Assembly: GCA_009859145.1 (NCBI GenBank)
Contig: VRVR01000003.1
Location: forward strand, 133,315-197,314
Length of the DNA stretch: 64,000 bases
From: Andalucia godoyi And28
Taxonomy: Eukaryota; Protista; Jakobida
Reading direction: 5' to 3'
Below the pieces are notes generated by a model that saw nothing but the letters and a program-made list of their open reading frames with translations, ran no database searches and was not told where the DNA came from. Every line of letters begins with the position of its first letter. Position 1 is the first letter of the stretch. Shown piece after piece: positions 33,500 through 42,945 of this stretch. Made by a program: the position numbers and the translations under genes.

Positions 33500-33948
33500 C
33501 GCCTACATTATCCACTGAACATGCACATCTACGAATGGACATGCATATTCAATCTTGCATCCCGTTGCTCGGAAGGGTATAGGCCCCAACATGCATCACG
33601 GCGCTCTTCAGATAAATGTTCCGCGCTCCGTTCCCAATCTCGATCAATCGGTGAGCCACTTTCTCAGCGTGACACGTTGTTCCTGAGAAGGGTGCATTTT
33701 GATTCTGACGGCCCTAGCAGCAGGCGCTTTCGTGTCCTCAGTTGTAGCGCGATTGATGCACCTGGAGATGCGAGATCGTGTCTTGGAAGTTCGCCTCTTG
33801 GCAGTGCGCTGAACGAATGATAGATGGCTACGCGTAAGCACGAATTCCCTGTGAAGCAAACGTGCTAGTGTCGGCCAGTATTGACCGTGTCTGATTATGG
33901 ATGCTTCCTTCCGTGTGCATGACAATGACGTGTTATTATTATTCAACG
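33500..33948 (-). mobile_element. Internally deleted Fanzor/TnpB element, copy C
   Basis: CCG|TTG left junction. ORF remnant RAVRIKMHPSQEQRVTLRKWL joined to IDRDW-(+1 nt)-NGARNIYLK...VGAYTLP...*. Right end AATGTAGG-CG shared with A and B. Confidence 0.88.
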
Positions 33949-34009
33949 GCACGGATCTTAAAAGACGTCTTTTTATCAATAATTCAGCACTTGTATCTCA
34001 AACACTGGT

Positions 34010-35527
34010 TCATGCAGAGGCATCTTCTTGCTTCATCTTCTCGAGAAACTCACCAGCAGCCTGGAGGACTTCTGGATCTCCCATGAAGGACATGACGCCA
34101 AACGGTCCTTGCTGTTCAACAGTCTCGATGGCCATTCTGTACTTTGGATTCTTCTGCTTCATCGCTTGCACATCCGGACGCTTGAGAACTTCCTGCAAAT
34201 AAGCGGGATTCGAGAACTTCGCCATCAGATCCGGGGTCAACATTCCCATCAGACTGTTCAAATCATACGTCTTGGCAGGTCCAGCAGCAGCAGCAGCCGT
34301 CGCAGCAACGGATGCTGGCCCACTATGCGATTCTCCCTGGGTTCCAGCGTCCTCCTCGGCCTGTCCCTGACCGTTCTCGCCATCCTCCACACCATCATGA
34401 TCATCATCACCATTCGCTGCGGGAGTTTCCATGTTCGCAAAGGGATTCGCGCCGCCTGCTCCAGCATTTCCACCCAGCGCTCCGGCAACCGACGCAAACA
34501 GGTTGGCCATATTTCCTCCTCCGCCACCAGACAGAACGTCTCCTGCAACTCGTCCAATTACATCCTGCATTCCAGGCTGCTGCATCATTGTCGACGCCAT
34601 TCGCATCAGATTCTCCATTCCACCTGAACCTCCAGCAAGCCCCTGCAGCAGGCCCGCCAATGGATTTGCACCAGCACCAGCACCAGCACCAGCACCAGCA
34701 CCAGCACCAGCACCAGCACCAGCACCAGCACCGACACCGGAGGAAGCAGAGTGCGAGGACGAAGAAGCAGACGCCATCTTTTCGCGGACTTGTGCCAGGC
34801 TCGTCTGAAATGACTCGTTCTCCGGTTCAAGTTCCACCGCTCTGAGATACTGCTGCTCAGCCTGGCGAAATCGGCCGTCATACAAGTACGCATTTCCCAT
34901 TCGCTGATACGCCTTTGCGTAGCCGGGGTTCACACGCACTGCTTCCTGGCAGTCCCGGATTGCGTCTGCGTACTTCTCCAGATAAATGAATGCAGCAGCT
35001 CTGTTTGCCCAGAACACCGCATTGCTCGGTTCTCCTTCAATTGCTCGTGAATAGCACGAGATGGCTTCATCGTATTTTTTCTCGCCAACCAGCTGGTTTC
35101 CCTTATTTTTCCATTCCTCGGGAGTTGTCTTCGCCTCTGCTTCCTTTCTCTGCTTTTCCTGAGCAATGTAGCGATCTCGCGCAGTTGCATATCGCCTGGA
35201 GTACTCCTCAGAGCCTTCCGTGCACCCCGCAAAGAACCCCTTTGCCTTGAGCGACGCAATAAATGCAGAAAACCGAGAATCCGCTTCGATCGAAATTCCC
35301 AGTGCTTCTGTCCCCCGAAGAAACACCTGCTCCAGCGAATGCGGAGAAAGAGTCAACAACGCACTGTCATACTGGTTAAGCGAGCTCACATCGACACGAA
35401 ACACCTCTCCAATGCACTGCGTTGCAACTTCAAGACCCTCTGCCGACTCGGGATGTCTCGATGCATATCCATTCAGGTATTCAACAATCGCAAACGCAAG
35501 TCGCTGTTCAGCAGTGTACGACGACAT
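34010..35527 (-). CDS. SGTA: Small glutamine-rich TPR co-chaperone (SGTA/Sgt2)
   Basis: SGTA dimerisation domain (LAFAIVEYL...[14 protein letters not shown]), three TPRs (WKNKGNQLV...FWANRAAA...YAKAYQRMG), Gly-Ala repeat and STI1-like C-terminus. Confidence 0.9.
   Translation of the reverse strand: MSSYTAEQRLAFAIVEYLNGYASRHPESAEGLEVATQCIGEVFRVDVSSLNQYDSALLTLSPHSLEQVFLRGTEALGISIEADSRFSAFIASLKAKGFFAGCTEGSEEYSRRYATARDRYIAQEKQRKEAEAKTTPEEWKNKGNQLVGEKKYDEAISCYSRAIEGEPSNAVFWANRAAAFIYLEKYADAIRDCQEAVRVNPGYAKAYQRMGNAYLYDGRFRQAEQQYLRAVELEPENESFQTSLAQVREKMASASSSSHSASSGVGAGAGAGAGAGAGAGAGAGAGANPLAGLLQGLAGGSGGMENLMRMASTMMQQPGMQDVIGRVAGDVLSGGGGGNMANLFASVAGALGGNAGAGGANPFANMETPAANGDDDHDGVEDGENGQGQAEEDAGTQGESHSGPASVAATAAAAAGPAKTYDLNSLMGMLTPDLMAKFSNPAYLQEVLKRPDVQAMKQKNPKYRMAIETVEQQGPFGVMSFMGDPEVLQAAGEFLEKMKQEDASA
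34669..34735. repeat. (CCAGCA)n hexanucleotide repeat encoding (Gly-Ala)n in SGTA
   Basis: Directly visible. Confidence 0.9.
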
Positions 35528-36566
35528 TCTTTCGGCCTCAAAAAAGGAAGACAGAAAAGAAGAAAGAAAAGAAATAAAGACAGAATGAGAAAGGATAAAG
35601 TGTGTATTGGTAGCTTTGACAGTCTCGAAAACAAGCAAATAATAATAATAATATACATACATACTTACATACAAAAGACAGCAATGAGTGACTCAGTGAG
35701 AGAGACAGATAGAGAGAGACAGAGACAGAGAGGAAAAAGGTCAAGTCACAGAGTGGAATTTTTTTTTACAGCCGAGAGCACGCAGCCATTTTGCAAGTTT
35801 GGGAGGCACGTCTGTCATCACAAACTCACGCCACCGCTTGGCGCGGATCTTCGATCAACGTGTATCACATCATTCACCGAGAGACTCAGCACGAAGCGAG
35901 TCACGGAAGAACAGGGAAGAAATCTAACTTCTTCCGCAACGCAGGTGCGAAAGATCGGTTGGCATAGCACAAACTTTCGCGTCTCCTCCTGCAGTTGATT
36001 CAACTGTTGCCCGGTTATTTCTTTTTCGTCGATTCGTCGATTCTTCTTTTGAACTTCCTCGTCAGCACAGACAACACTCTCCACCTGTCTCACAACAGGT
36101 GCCGCAACAGAGTTACCATGGATCGCCCAGCTCGTCCACGAGTCACGAGGTTGGCACGTTGCTGATTCGACTACCTTCAGTCAGCGATTCGCCCGGCTGC
36201 AGTGGGCCCTCCTCCGCGAGCTCCCTTGGGTGAGGCAAATTCGCATGAAGTTGTTTGCGACACAAAGAAAACGGGGAAGACCGGGATGACCAAGGGAAAA
36301 AAAACATCCTGGGCCTTTGTTTTTCTCCCCACGCCCCACCACACTGGTGTGAACCATCAACCAGAAAAAGAAGAAGAAGAAGAAGAAGAAGAAGAAGAAG
36401 AAGAATAAGAAGGAACAATTAAAAGAACTTTCCCCATACACATGGATTAGCGTTCATCAAAGTGGTGAATGAACCGTTCTGCAGAAGACTCGAGCCAGCC
36501 CTTGGCAGACGCGCGAAGACCTCAGAGAAGGGCAGCAAAACGACGGCAAAGTTTCAGAAACTGCAG

Positions 36567-37238
36567 CTAGCGGATTCCAGCAGCCTGGAACACCCTGGAT
36601 GTGGAAGCAGCCACGAGTGCCGCGAGCTCTGCGTCGTGCATGAAGTCAATAAGAATTCGCTGGAACATCAGCCAGCCTGCATCGCCGTGGAATCCATGCC
36701 GACCGAGTACCGACTGGTGCAGCGGCAACAGTCTCTTCAGCAATGCCAGTCTCTTGGCTACAACATCCGCTCCCCCATTTTGAATCTCATTGTCGTTGCG
36801 AATCACCGACAGAAACTCTTCCGAGTCCATCGCTGCACACACCTGCTGGGTGATTTCACGAACCCTGGCAAGAGAAAGGGCCACGGTCCGGGTGTTGGAG
36901 ATCGACATTGGCGACATTCCAAAGCACTTTTCCATTATGAACGACCATCGATCTGCATTCTGTGCGTAAAGATCCGGGTTTTGAGAAGCAAGGATGGAGA
37001 ACTCGGCATTGAACTCGGAAAGCCCCGTTTGGGTACTCTCAAATCCGTGTCTGCTAATTTCTTCGAGCTGAACAGGAAGGACAACGCGCAGAAGCTGCTG
37101 CCATCGAGCAAAAAGAGGAGACTGACTTTCGAGGTCGCGGATCGATTGCAGAGCTGCCATGAATTGCGGTTGTTGAATTCGCTGCATGACCGTTTGGACG
37201 TACTCCGTTGCGCCTCGCAGAGAAAGAGGTTTAGCCAT
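36567..37238 (-). CDS. Protein with two tandem C10 (C12orf57/GRCC10)-like domains
   Basis: Two repeats of L/V-LP-x-Q-x-EV/I-xxHGF-x(4-5)-G-xx-F (VLPVQLEEISRHGFESTQTGLSEF; LLPLHQSVLGRHGFHGDAGWLMF). Confidence 0.7.
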   Translation of the reverse strand: MAKPLSLRGATEYVQTVMQRIQQPQFMAALQSIRDLESQSPLFARWQQLLRVVLPVQLEEISRHGFESTQTGLSEFNAEFSILASQNPDLYAQNADRWSFIMEKCFGMSPMSISNTRTVALSLARVREITQQVCAAMDSEEFLSVIRNDNEIQNGGADVVAKRLALLKRLLPLHQSVLGRHGFHGDAGWLMFQRILIDFMHDAELAALVAASTSRVFQAAGIR

Positions 37239-37898
37239 TTGAGGATGTTTCCCCCTTCTTTTTTCCCCACTGAACAAAGAAAAACTGTGGAACTGGGAAG
37301 CCGATGCAATGCAAGTAAAAATGAATAGCCGTGTGATGTGAGAGGCAATCAGGTTTATGAAGAAACGGCAAAATACGCACGACGTACTACAAGAACCCCG
37401 AGGTCGATCCCCAGCTTCTTGAGCATTTTTTTTTTCTGAGGCCAACCAAACTCTGCACCTGCCCGAGTTCCATTTTTGCTTGCATCCACAATTCATTTAT
37501 ATACAACGGGGGGACTGCGCAGTTCTTCTTGGGGTTGATGTGGAGCGTTACAAAGCCAGCATCGTCTTATCATTGCGATGGCATATACGAGAGAATCGCC
37601 AGTCTGCGCATGTACCCAAACAGCAAGCATCTCCATCAAGCGAAGCGTGCACTTCTGATAAGGAGAGGAGGCGAAGACGCTCCCACCACCACCACCCTCA
37701 AATACATTGGAAGCAAAATGAGATCGATTGACACGATCCAAGAGTGCCAAAAAAAAACCGATGCCAGGTAGCTGAGCGGTAACAAAGGCCAGCCGAAGCC
37801 GGCATCTTCGACTCGGCGGCTGTTCAGTGAAGACGGCCAAACAACAAAATGCGAACGGAGGGAAAACCAACAACAGATGTGGACACGAGATTCCGCCC

Positions 37899-38615
37899 TC
37901 AGGCACCGACTTCTGAAGGATGGACCGGGGCAGGATGGATGTTGTACATATCTCGAATTTGCGTGAGGGGCATCGTCAGCATGGACTCGTATGGGATGCA
38001 AAGCATGTTTTTTTGGAACACCGGTACGTTCTCGACGACCCACGGTATGACTTCGGATGTGAGGAACCTTCTCTTTTCGGGCGACAGAAGCACCAGCGCA
38101 GAGCCAATTCCAGAAAACAGTCCAATGGGAAACTTTGTTTGCACCCACTCCGTCCACTTGACTGTCAGTTCGCCAAGGACAGTCGGCGGCTGACCGAGCA
38201 ACACGTGCCAGAAATCGTGTACTTCTCTGTATCTCTGCCAGATGTATGCATGTTCAGCGTTATCAACAAACCGGACAACTGGCCTGTCATCGGAAGAATA
38301 ACCGTGAGATGCCATGAACTGATAATAGGCATGCCCAAGCGTTCCAACATGCACTTTCTTCAATTCATCAAGATTCAGCTGCGGCAAAGCAGTCGAAATT
38401 CTAGGCTTTTCCGCAAGGATCCGTGCACCATCTTCATCCTGAAGCATGTATCGATGCATCTGACCAAGAAACGGACCCGCAGTCACTTCGCCAACCACTC
38501 CGACGGAATCCGCACGCGTCGGATCACACAGCGCACGAACTGCCGAAGTCGCAAACACAAGAGCCTTCTGCGGCGTGGACAGCAGCTTGTGCGATGGATA
38601 GAGCAGTCTCGACAT
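37899..38615 (-). CDS. COQ4: Ubiquinone biosynthesis protein COQ4
   Basis: DPTRAD, GxxILAEKPRI, TLGHAY, RYREVHDFWH zinc motif, GELTVKWTEWVQT. Confidence 0.95.
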   Translation of the reverse strand: MSRLLYPSHKLLSTPQKALVFATSAVRALCDPTRADSVGVVGEVTAGPFLGQMHRYMLQDEDGARILAEKPRISTALPQLNLDELKKVHVGTLGHAYYQFMASHGYSSDDRPVVRFVDNAEHAYIWQRYREVHDFWHVLLGQPPTVLGELTVKWTEWVQTKFPIGLFSGIGSALVLLSPEKRRFLTSEVIPWVVENVPVFQKNMLCIPYESMLTMPLTQIRDMYNIHPAPVHPSEVGA

Positions 38616-38809
38616 CCCAATCTGCTATTTTCAAGCACCCAAAATGCGTCTCAAAGAAGAACAGACGACGACAAAGACGGAAGAAGAAGAAGTTTTAAAT
38701 TAAAATTAAAACGAAAAACGAAAAACGAAAAATAATAATAATTATTATTATTATTAAAAAAAAAGAAAGGAAAGGAAAAGAAGAGCTGAGATTCATCGCA
38801 AGTTGAACT

Positions 38810-39326
38810 ACGGTTGACTGCTTTTGTGTATCAGCATTGAAACATCAAACAATGCGATTTTCTTACCGTAGTCAAGTCTAGAATGTTTTTCATTCTTTCA
38901 CTTTTTTGTGCGTTCATTCTATCACATCTTCCATTTGTCTTTCCTCAAGCAGCACCTTTCATCAAAGACAAAACATCTCATGGCTCCAAAGAGGGGATCT
39001 TCCCAACAAACTCAAACCGGCCATGTCCGAAGATACCGAGAACCAAGAAACCTGTTGATTCCCTCTTGTCGCAACTTGCTGAACAAGCGGATGATCATCA
39101 AATCACGACGATGTGATCGATTTTCGTTCGGAATTCGCGCTTTCAAGTCAGAGAACAAGAAGGAGCAAAGACAAAAGCGGCGTTCGCCGACCACATTCTG
39201 TTTCCTCCAACGTTCCTTTTTGGATGTTGAATCGATTGGAGAATTCGTTGGTTGCGAAGACCCTTTGATGTAGAGTCGGTTCAATTGAATCTGTCTTCAG
39301 TGACAGCTTAGCTGATGATCAATAGT
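38810..39326 (+). mobile_element. ~517 bp dispersed non-autonomous element, copy 2
   Basis: Reverse complement of 2222-2739; the only difference found in the compared segments is a 1-nt indel at the left tip. Confidence 0.9.
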
Positions 39327-39478
39327 CCACTGTGTGCGCACATCAGCATTTATTTTGCGAACGCCGGAGTGCGTGTTGGGGCCTATCTCCTTCTCGGTAA
39401 TGCAACGCAGTCCGGATTGCAATATTTGATGATGCAGCGTCAGCGATGGCTGTGTGTGACCGATGTTCAATGCAGGCG
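39327..39478 (+). mobile_element. Fanzor-type right end / omegaRNA-like scaffold, copy D
   Basis: SIYF...RVGAYLLL remnant, GTGTTGGGGCCTAT, GTCAGCGATG and CAATGCAGG-CG end; homologous to the right ends of A, B and C. Confidence 0.78.
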
Positions 39479-39614
39479 CTGAGCAAGCGCTACGATCCAC
39501 GAAGCCATACGCCGGCGAACTGCAACAACAACTGCAGCAGATAAAAAAAATGAGGGATCTGTCTTTTTAAACAAAAACATTATTATTTTTAAAGTTAAAA
39601 AATAAAGTGTTAGT

Positions 39615-42200
39615 TTACATGGGAAGAAGTTCATCGCCGAGTTCTTCGTTGCCCCAGTCATCATCATCTTGTTGTTTCGGTGCACTGGTTGCCTTTCTGG
39701 ATGCGGTTGACGGTCTCTTGAGGGGCTTACCAGAACTTGCAATAACATTCGCGTTTCGTTGTTGTTGGATCATCTGTTGCTGCTGGCGCTGTTCGGCCAC
39801 CGATTTGCTGACGGCGTCATCAATCGGCTCTGGGTCTGTCACTGCGGGTGGCTGGTCCTGTTGGTAAAGTTGGGCTTCCGATGCCTTGCGCATTTCCACA
39901 CGTGACAGCGCATTGTGGTACTCAATTGCTTCGTCCTTCAGACCAAGGTCGTTGCAAATATGGACCAGATAACGAAGGCACTCTGCATTCTCTGGATGCT
40001 GCTTATGAATATCCTCATACAACTTCTTTGCTGGCTGATACGACCCGATTCTGCGAAGACACGAAGCTACCATAAGTTTCCACTTCACCTCGTGCGGCTG
40101 GATTTCCGACGCACGCTCAAAGAACGCCATCGCCTTTTCGTACACCTCGGACTTCACAAAATACGCTCCAAGCCAGGAAATGACGTCCATGCTTACCGGC
40201 AAGTATCGATACGATTCCAAATGATAATGATACGCCCTGGATTCATCGCCTTGGCGAGCATACAGTCCACCAATGCGAGCAAGCACATTTGCATCTGTTG
40301 GAACGCGAGAGATCAGTTTAGTGTACATTTCCAGAGCCTTGTCTTCCTGGTCAAGAGCATCGTGCAGATCTGCAATCTGCCACATCACCTCCACGGAATC
40401 CGGCATAATGGCCAGCAGTTTTCGGAAAGCACGCAGAGCATCCTCCATCCGACCCTGGCGCTTCGAACACAAAGCATAATTGTAAATCGCCTCGACGCAG
40501 TCCGCTTCCGCCTCGATGGCATCAAGATACGTCTGGCGTGCCTCCTCATACTCTCCGTTGAAGAATGCGCAATTGCCCTTGTTCACAAGAGCTTTTGCGT
40601 TATACTTGTCGACCTCCACAGCGAGAGTGGCATACTTGCGGGCATTCTCAATGTCACCTTCCAAAAAGTACAGATAGGAAAGGTTCGTCGCAGCACGGGC
40701 CTTGTATGCCTCATTCTTGCGCTCAAATTCCTTCATCGCGTCGATCGCAGCGTGGAACGAACCCTGCTTCAAAAAGTCCACACATCGACTCATTTCCAAC
40801 TCCACATCCATGTGGAACTTCGTGTTGAGCTCAAAAGCACGAACTTGCTCGATGACAAAACTCCAATCTCCCAGTGCCGGCGCGATCAGGCGTGCCGCTC
40901 GCAAAATAGTCTGAACAAGTTCCCGTTCCCGGACCCGGAGTTCTTCGCGAAGATCATCCGACTTCAGCACTTCTTCATTGTCCTCTTCCGTCTCTTCTTG
41001 CAGCAAATCACGCGAGTTGCTCTGCTGGGAGCTGTCCAAGTTTTGATGTGACGCAGAGACAAGCACGGTGCGCGGCGTCGGGATCGACAAGAGCTTCACA
41101 AACCCCTTCTTCATCTTGTCGCGGTCACCCAACGCAAAGTAGCACAGCAGCAGATTCATACCCGTTTGCAGCTCCGGTGCTCCATCCATAACCGTTTCAT
41201 AGGACTGGATTGCATCCTGGTACTGGTTGAGCCTCACAAACGTGTTTCCAATATTTCTCATAATCTTAAATCGCAGTGATCTGGAGGTAGACGGAATCTG
41301 ATCAAGCGCCATTCTGTACATCTTGATGGCCTGTTGGAATTTCTTCTGGGCGAAGCAGATGTTTCCAATATTGATTCGGAGCTGCGGCGATTGCGAATAT
41401 TGCTTGTTTTTCAGCAAGATCGTATGCGTGTTCATCGCTTCGGTGTACTGCTCGTTGTTTTCGTACTGCACTGCCAAATTGAAAATGACGGCGTACGTCA
41501 AATCATAGTTGGTTCCCTCCGTAAGATTGCTGAGTTCGCGGTGCCTCATCAACGCTCTCTCCTTCTTTCCGGCCTCCTTTGCGCGTTCCAAAGCCTGCGG
41601 AAAGTCCTTCTTTGACGCAAGCTCGGCAGATTCCTCAAGTAAACGATTCACTTCCTTTTCCATATCCAGTGCAACTGTTTCTGGAGTTTCAACCTTTTTG
41701 TAGAGCGGAAACTCTGCTCCTTTTGGCCCTTGCTTGAGGGGATCAAACACAGCTCGTGATTGCGCAGATGCGCCACCAGATGAGTAGCCAGCACCTCGGT
41801 TCGATGTCATCGGTCTAGCCAACCCGCCTTCTCCTGAAACACCACCACCAGCGCCACCCGACGCTGTACCAGGAGGCTGCATGCCAGTCCCAGGGCGTCC
41901 TCCAGCCCCAGTCCCAGGAGCCACGAATCCCGTGCGAGGGATTTGCATCGCAGTTGCCGGCGGCTTATTCGCTGTGTTTCCGCCCGCAGCTCCCACACCT
42001 GGATTCACATAGCCCGTCCCTGGAACCCCAGATGCAGTGCCAATGGGCGCATTGTAACCATATGTGCTTTGAGAAGTCTTGAATCCAGAATAGATATCGT
42101 CGTCGTCATCTCCCGATCCACCACCGCCGTTTGCTGGATATCGATTGTTTGCAGTCGGATAAAGAGTTCCCATGTCGTCCGCTTTTGATACACGTCTCAT
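39615..42200 (-). CDS. IFT88: Intraflagellar transport protein 88
   Basis: RPMTSNRGAGYSS, EKEVNRLLEESA, NYDLTYAVIFNLA, AIKMYRMALDQIP, TPR array and DDDDWGNEELGDELLP C-terminus. Confidence 0.97.
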   Translation of the reverse strand: MRRVSKADDMGTLYPTANNRYPANGGGGSGDDDDDIYSGFKTSQSTYGYNAPIGTASGVPGTGYVNPGVGAAGGNTANKPPATAMQIPRTGFVAPGTGAGGRPGTGMQPPGTASGGAGGGVSGEGGLARPMTSNRGAGYSSGGASAQSRAVFDPLKQGPKGAEFPLYKKVETPETVALDMEKEVNRLLEESAELASKKDFPQALERAKEAGKKERALMRHRELSNLTEGTNYDLTYAVIFNLAVQYENNEQYTEAMNTHTILLKNKQYSQSPQLRINIGNICFAQKKFQQAIKMYRMALDQIPSTSRSLRFKIMRNIGNTFVRLNQYQDAIQSYETVMDGAPELQTGMNLLLCYFALGDRDKMKKGFVKLLSIPTPRTVLVSASHQNLDSSQQSNSRDLLQEETEEDNEEVLKSDDLREELRVRERELVQTILRAARLIAPALGDWSFVIEQVRAFELNTKFHMDVELEMSRCVDFLKQGSFHAAIDAMKEFERKNEAYKARAATNLSYLYFLEGDIENARKYATLAVEVDKYNAKALVNKGNCAFFNGEYEEARQTYLDAIEAEADCVEAIYNYALCSKRQGRMEDALRAFRKLLAIMPDSVEVMWQIADLHDALDQEDKALEMYTKLISRVPTDANVLARIGGLYARQGDESRAYHYHLESYRYLPVSMDVISWLGAYFVKSEVYEKAMAFFERASEIQPHEVKWKLMVASCLRRIGSYQPAKKLYEDIHKQHPENAECLRYLVHICNDLGLKDEAIEYHNALSRVEMRKASEAQLYQQDQPPAVTDPEPIDDAVSKSVAEQRQQQQMIQQQRNANVIASSGKPLKRPSTASRKATSAPKQQDDDDWGNEELGDELLPM

Positions 42201-42945
42201 GAAACTACAAAAAACCAGTACCAAGCAACAACAGATGTCTCTTTTTGAGGGATAGGAGCAGGAGAAATGAGAAGGAAAAGACCAAAAAAAAAGAGAAAAA
42301 AGAAAAGAAAGAAAAATAACATCAAAAGAATACAAAAGAAAACGAGAAGAAGAAAAGATATTGTTAATCCAGCAACAACAGAGAATGAGCTATGATAATC
42401 CAAAAAGGTTTTCCAAAACGTTAAAAAAACTAGAAAAGAAAAAGAAAAAATGTGGATTGATGCCTTGATGCAAGTTAGAGTTGCCCTGGTTTTTTTCCCC
42501 AGCCTTTGTCTGTACGCAAAACGAAAAGTCAGAGTGCTCTCTCTCTCTCTCTCTCTGTTCATTCTGCGTAACTGATTTGCCGCTATCCTGTTCTCACACC
42601 AGTTTTTTTCTTTCCGGCCTGTTTCCCTTTTCCCTTTTCCCTTTTCCCTTGCTTCTCTTGTTTGCCTTGTTTTTCCACATTTTTCTTTCTTCTTTTCCCT
42701 CTTGTTGCTGTTGTTGTTACTGCCGTCTTGGATCGTGTATCTTGAGCGTGTTCTTGTTCCCGCTCGCCTTTTCTTTCTTTCCATTCTCTCTTTGGTGCAA
42801 AGAAAATCTGAGATTTATATACTGCGAGGATAAAGACAACACACACGCGCACACTCACAATTAAAAGAAGAAGGGGAATTTAAAAGTTTTCTGCGTCGCG
42901 AGGTTTGTTATTGTCTTTGCAAGGGCGGTGGAAAAGAAGGGGAAA

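Noticed and set aside
35818-36441. Fragmentary minus-strand ORFs between SGTA and the C10-like gene
   Set aside because: No ATG-initiated coherent model or recognisable domain; a spliced gene is possible but unsupported.
15507-39478. Repeats with variable adjacent sequence read as a CRISPR array
   Set aside because: The copies are dispersed over kilobases, not tandem; there are no cas genes; and the context is eukaryotic.
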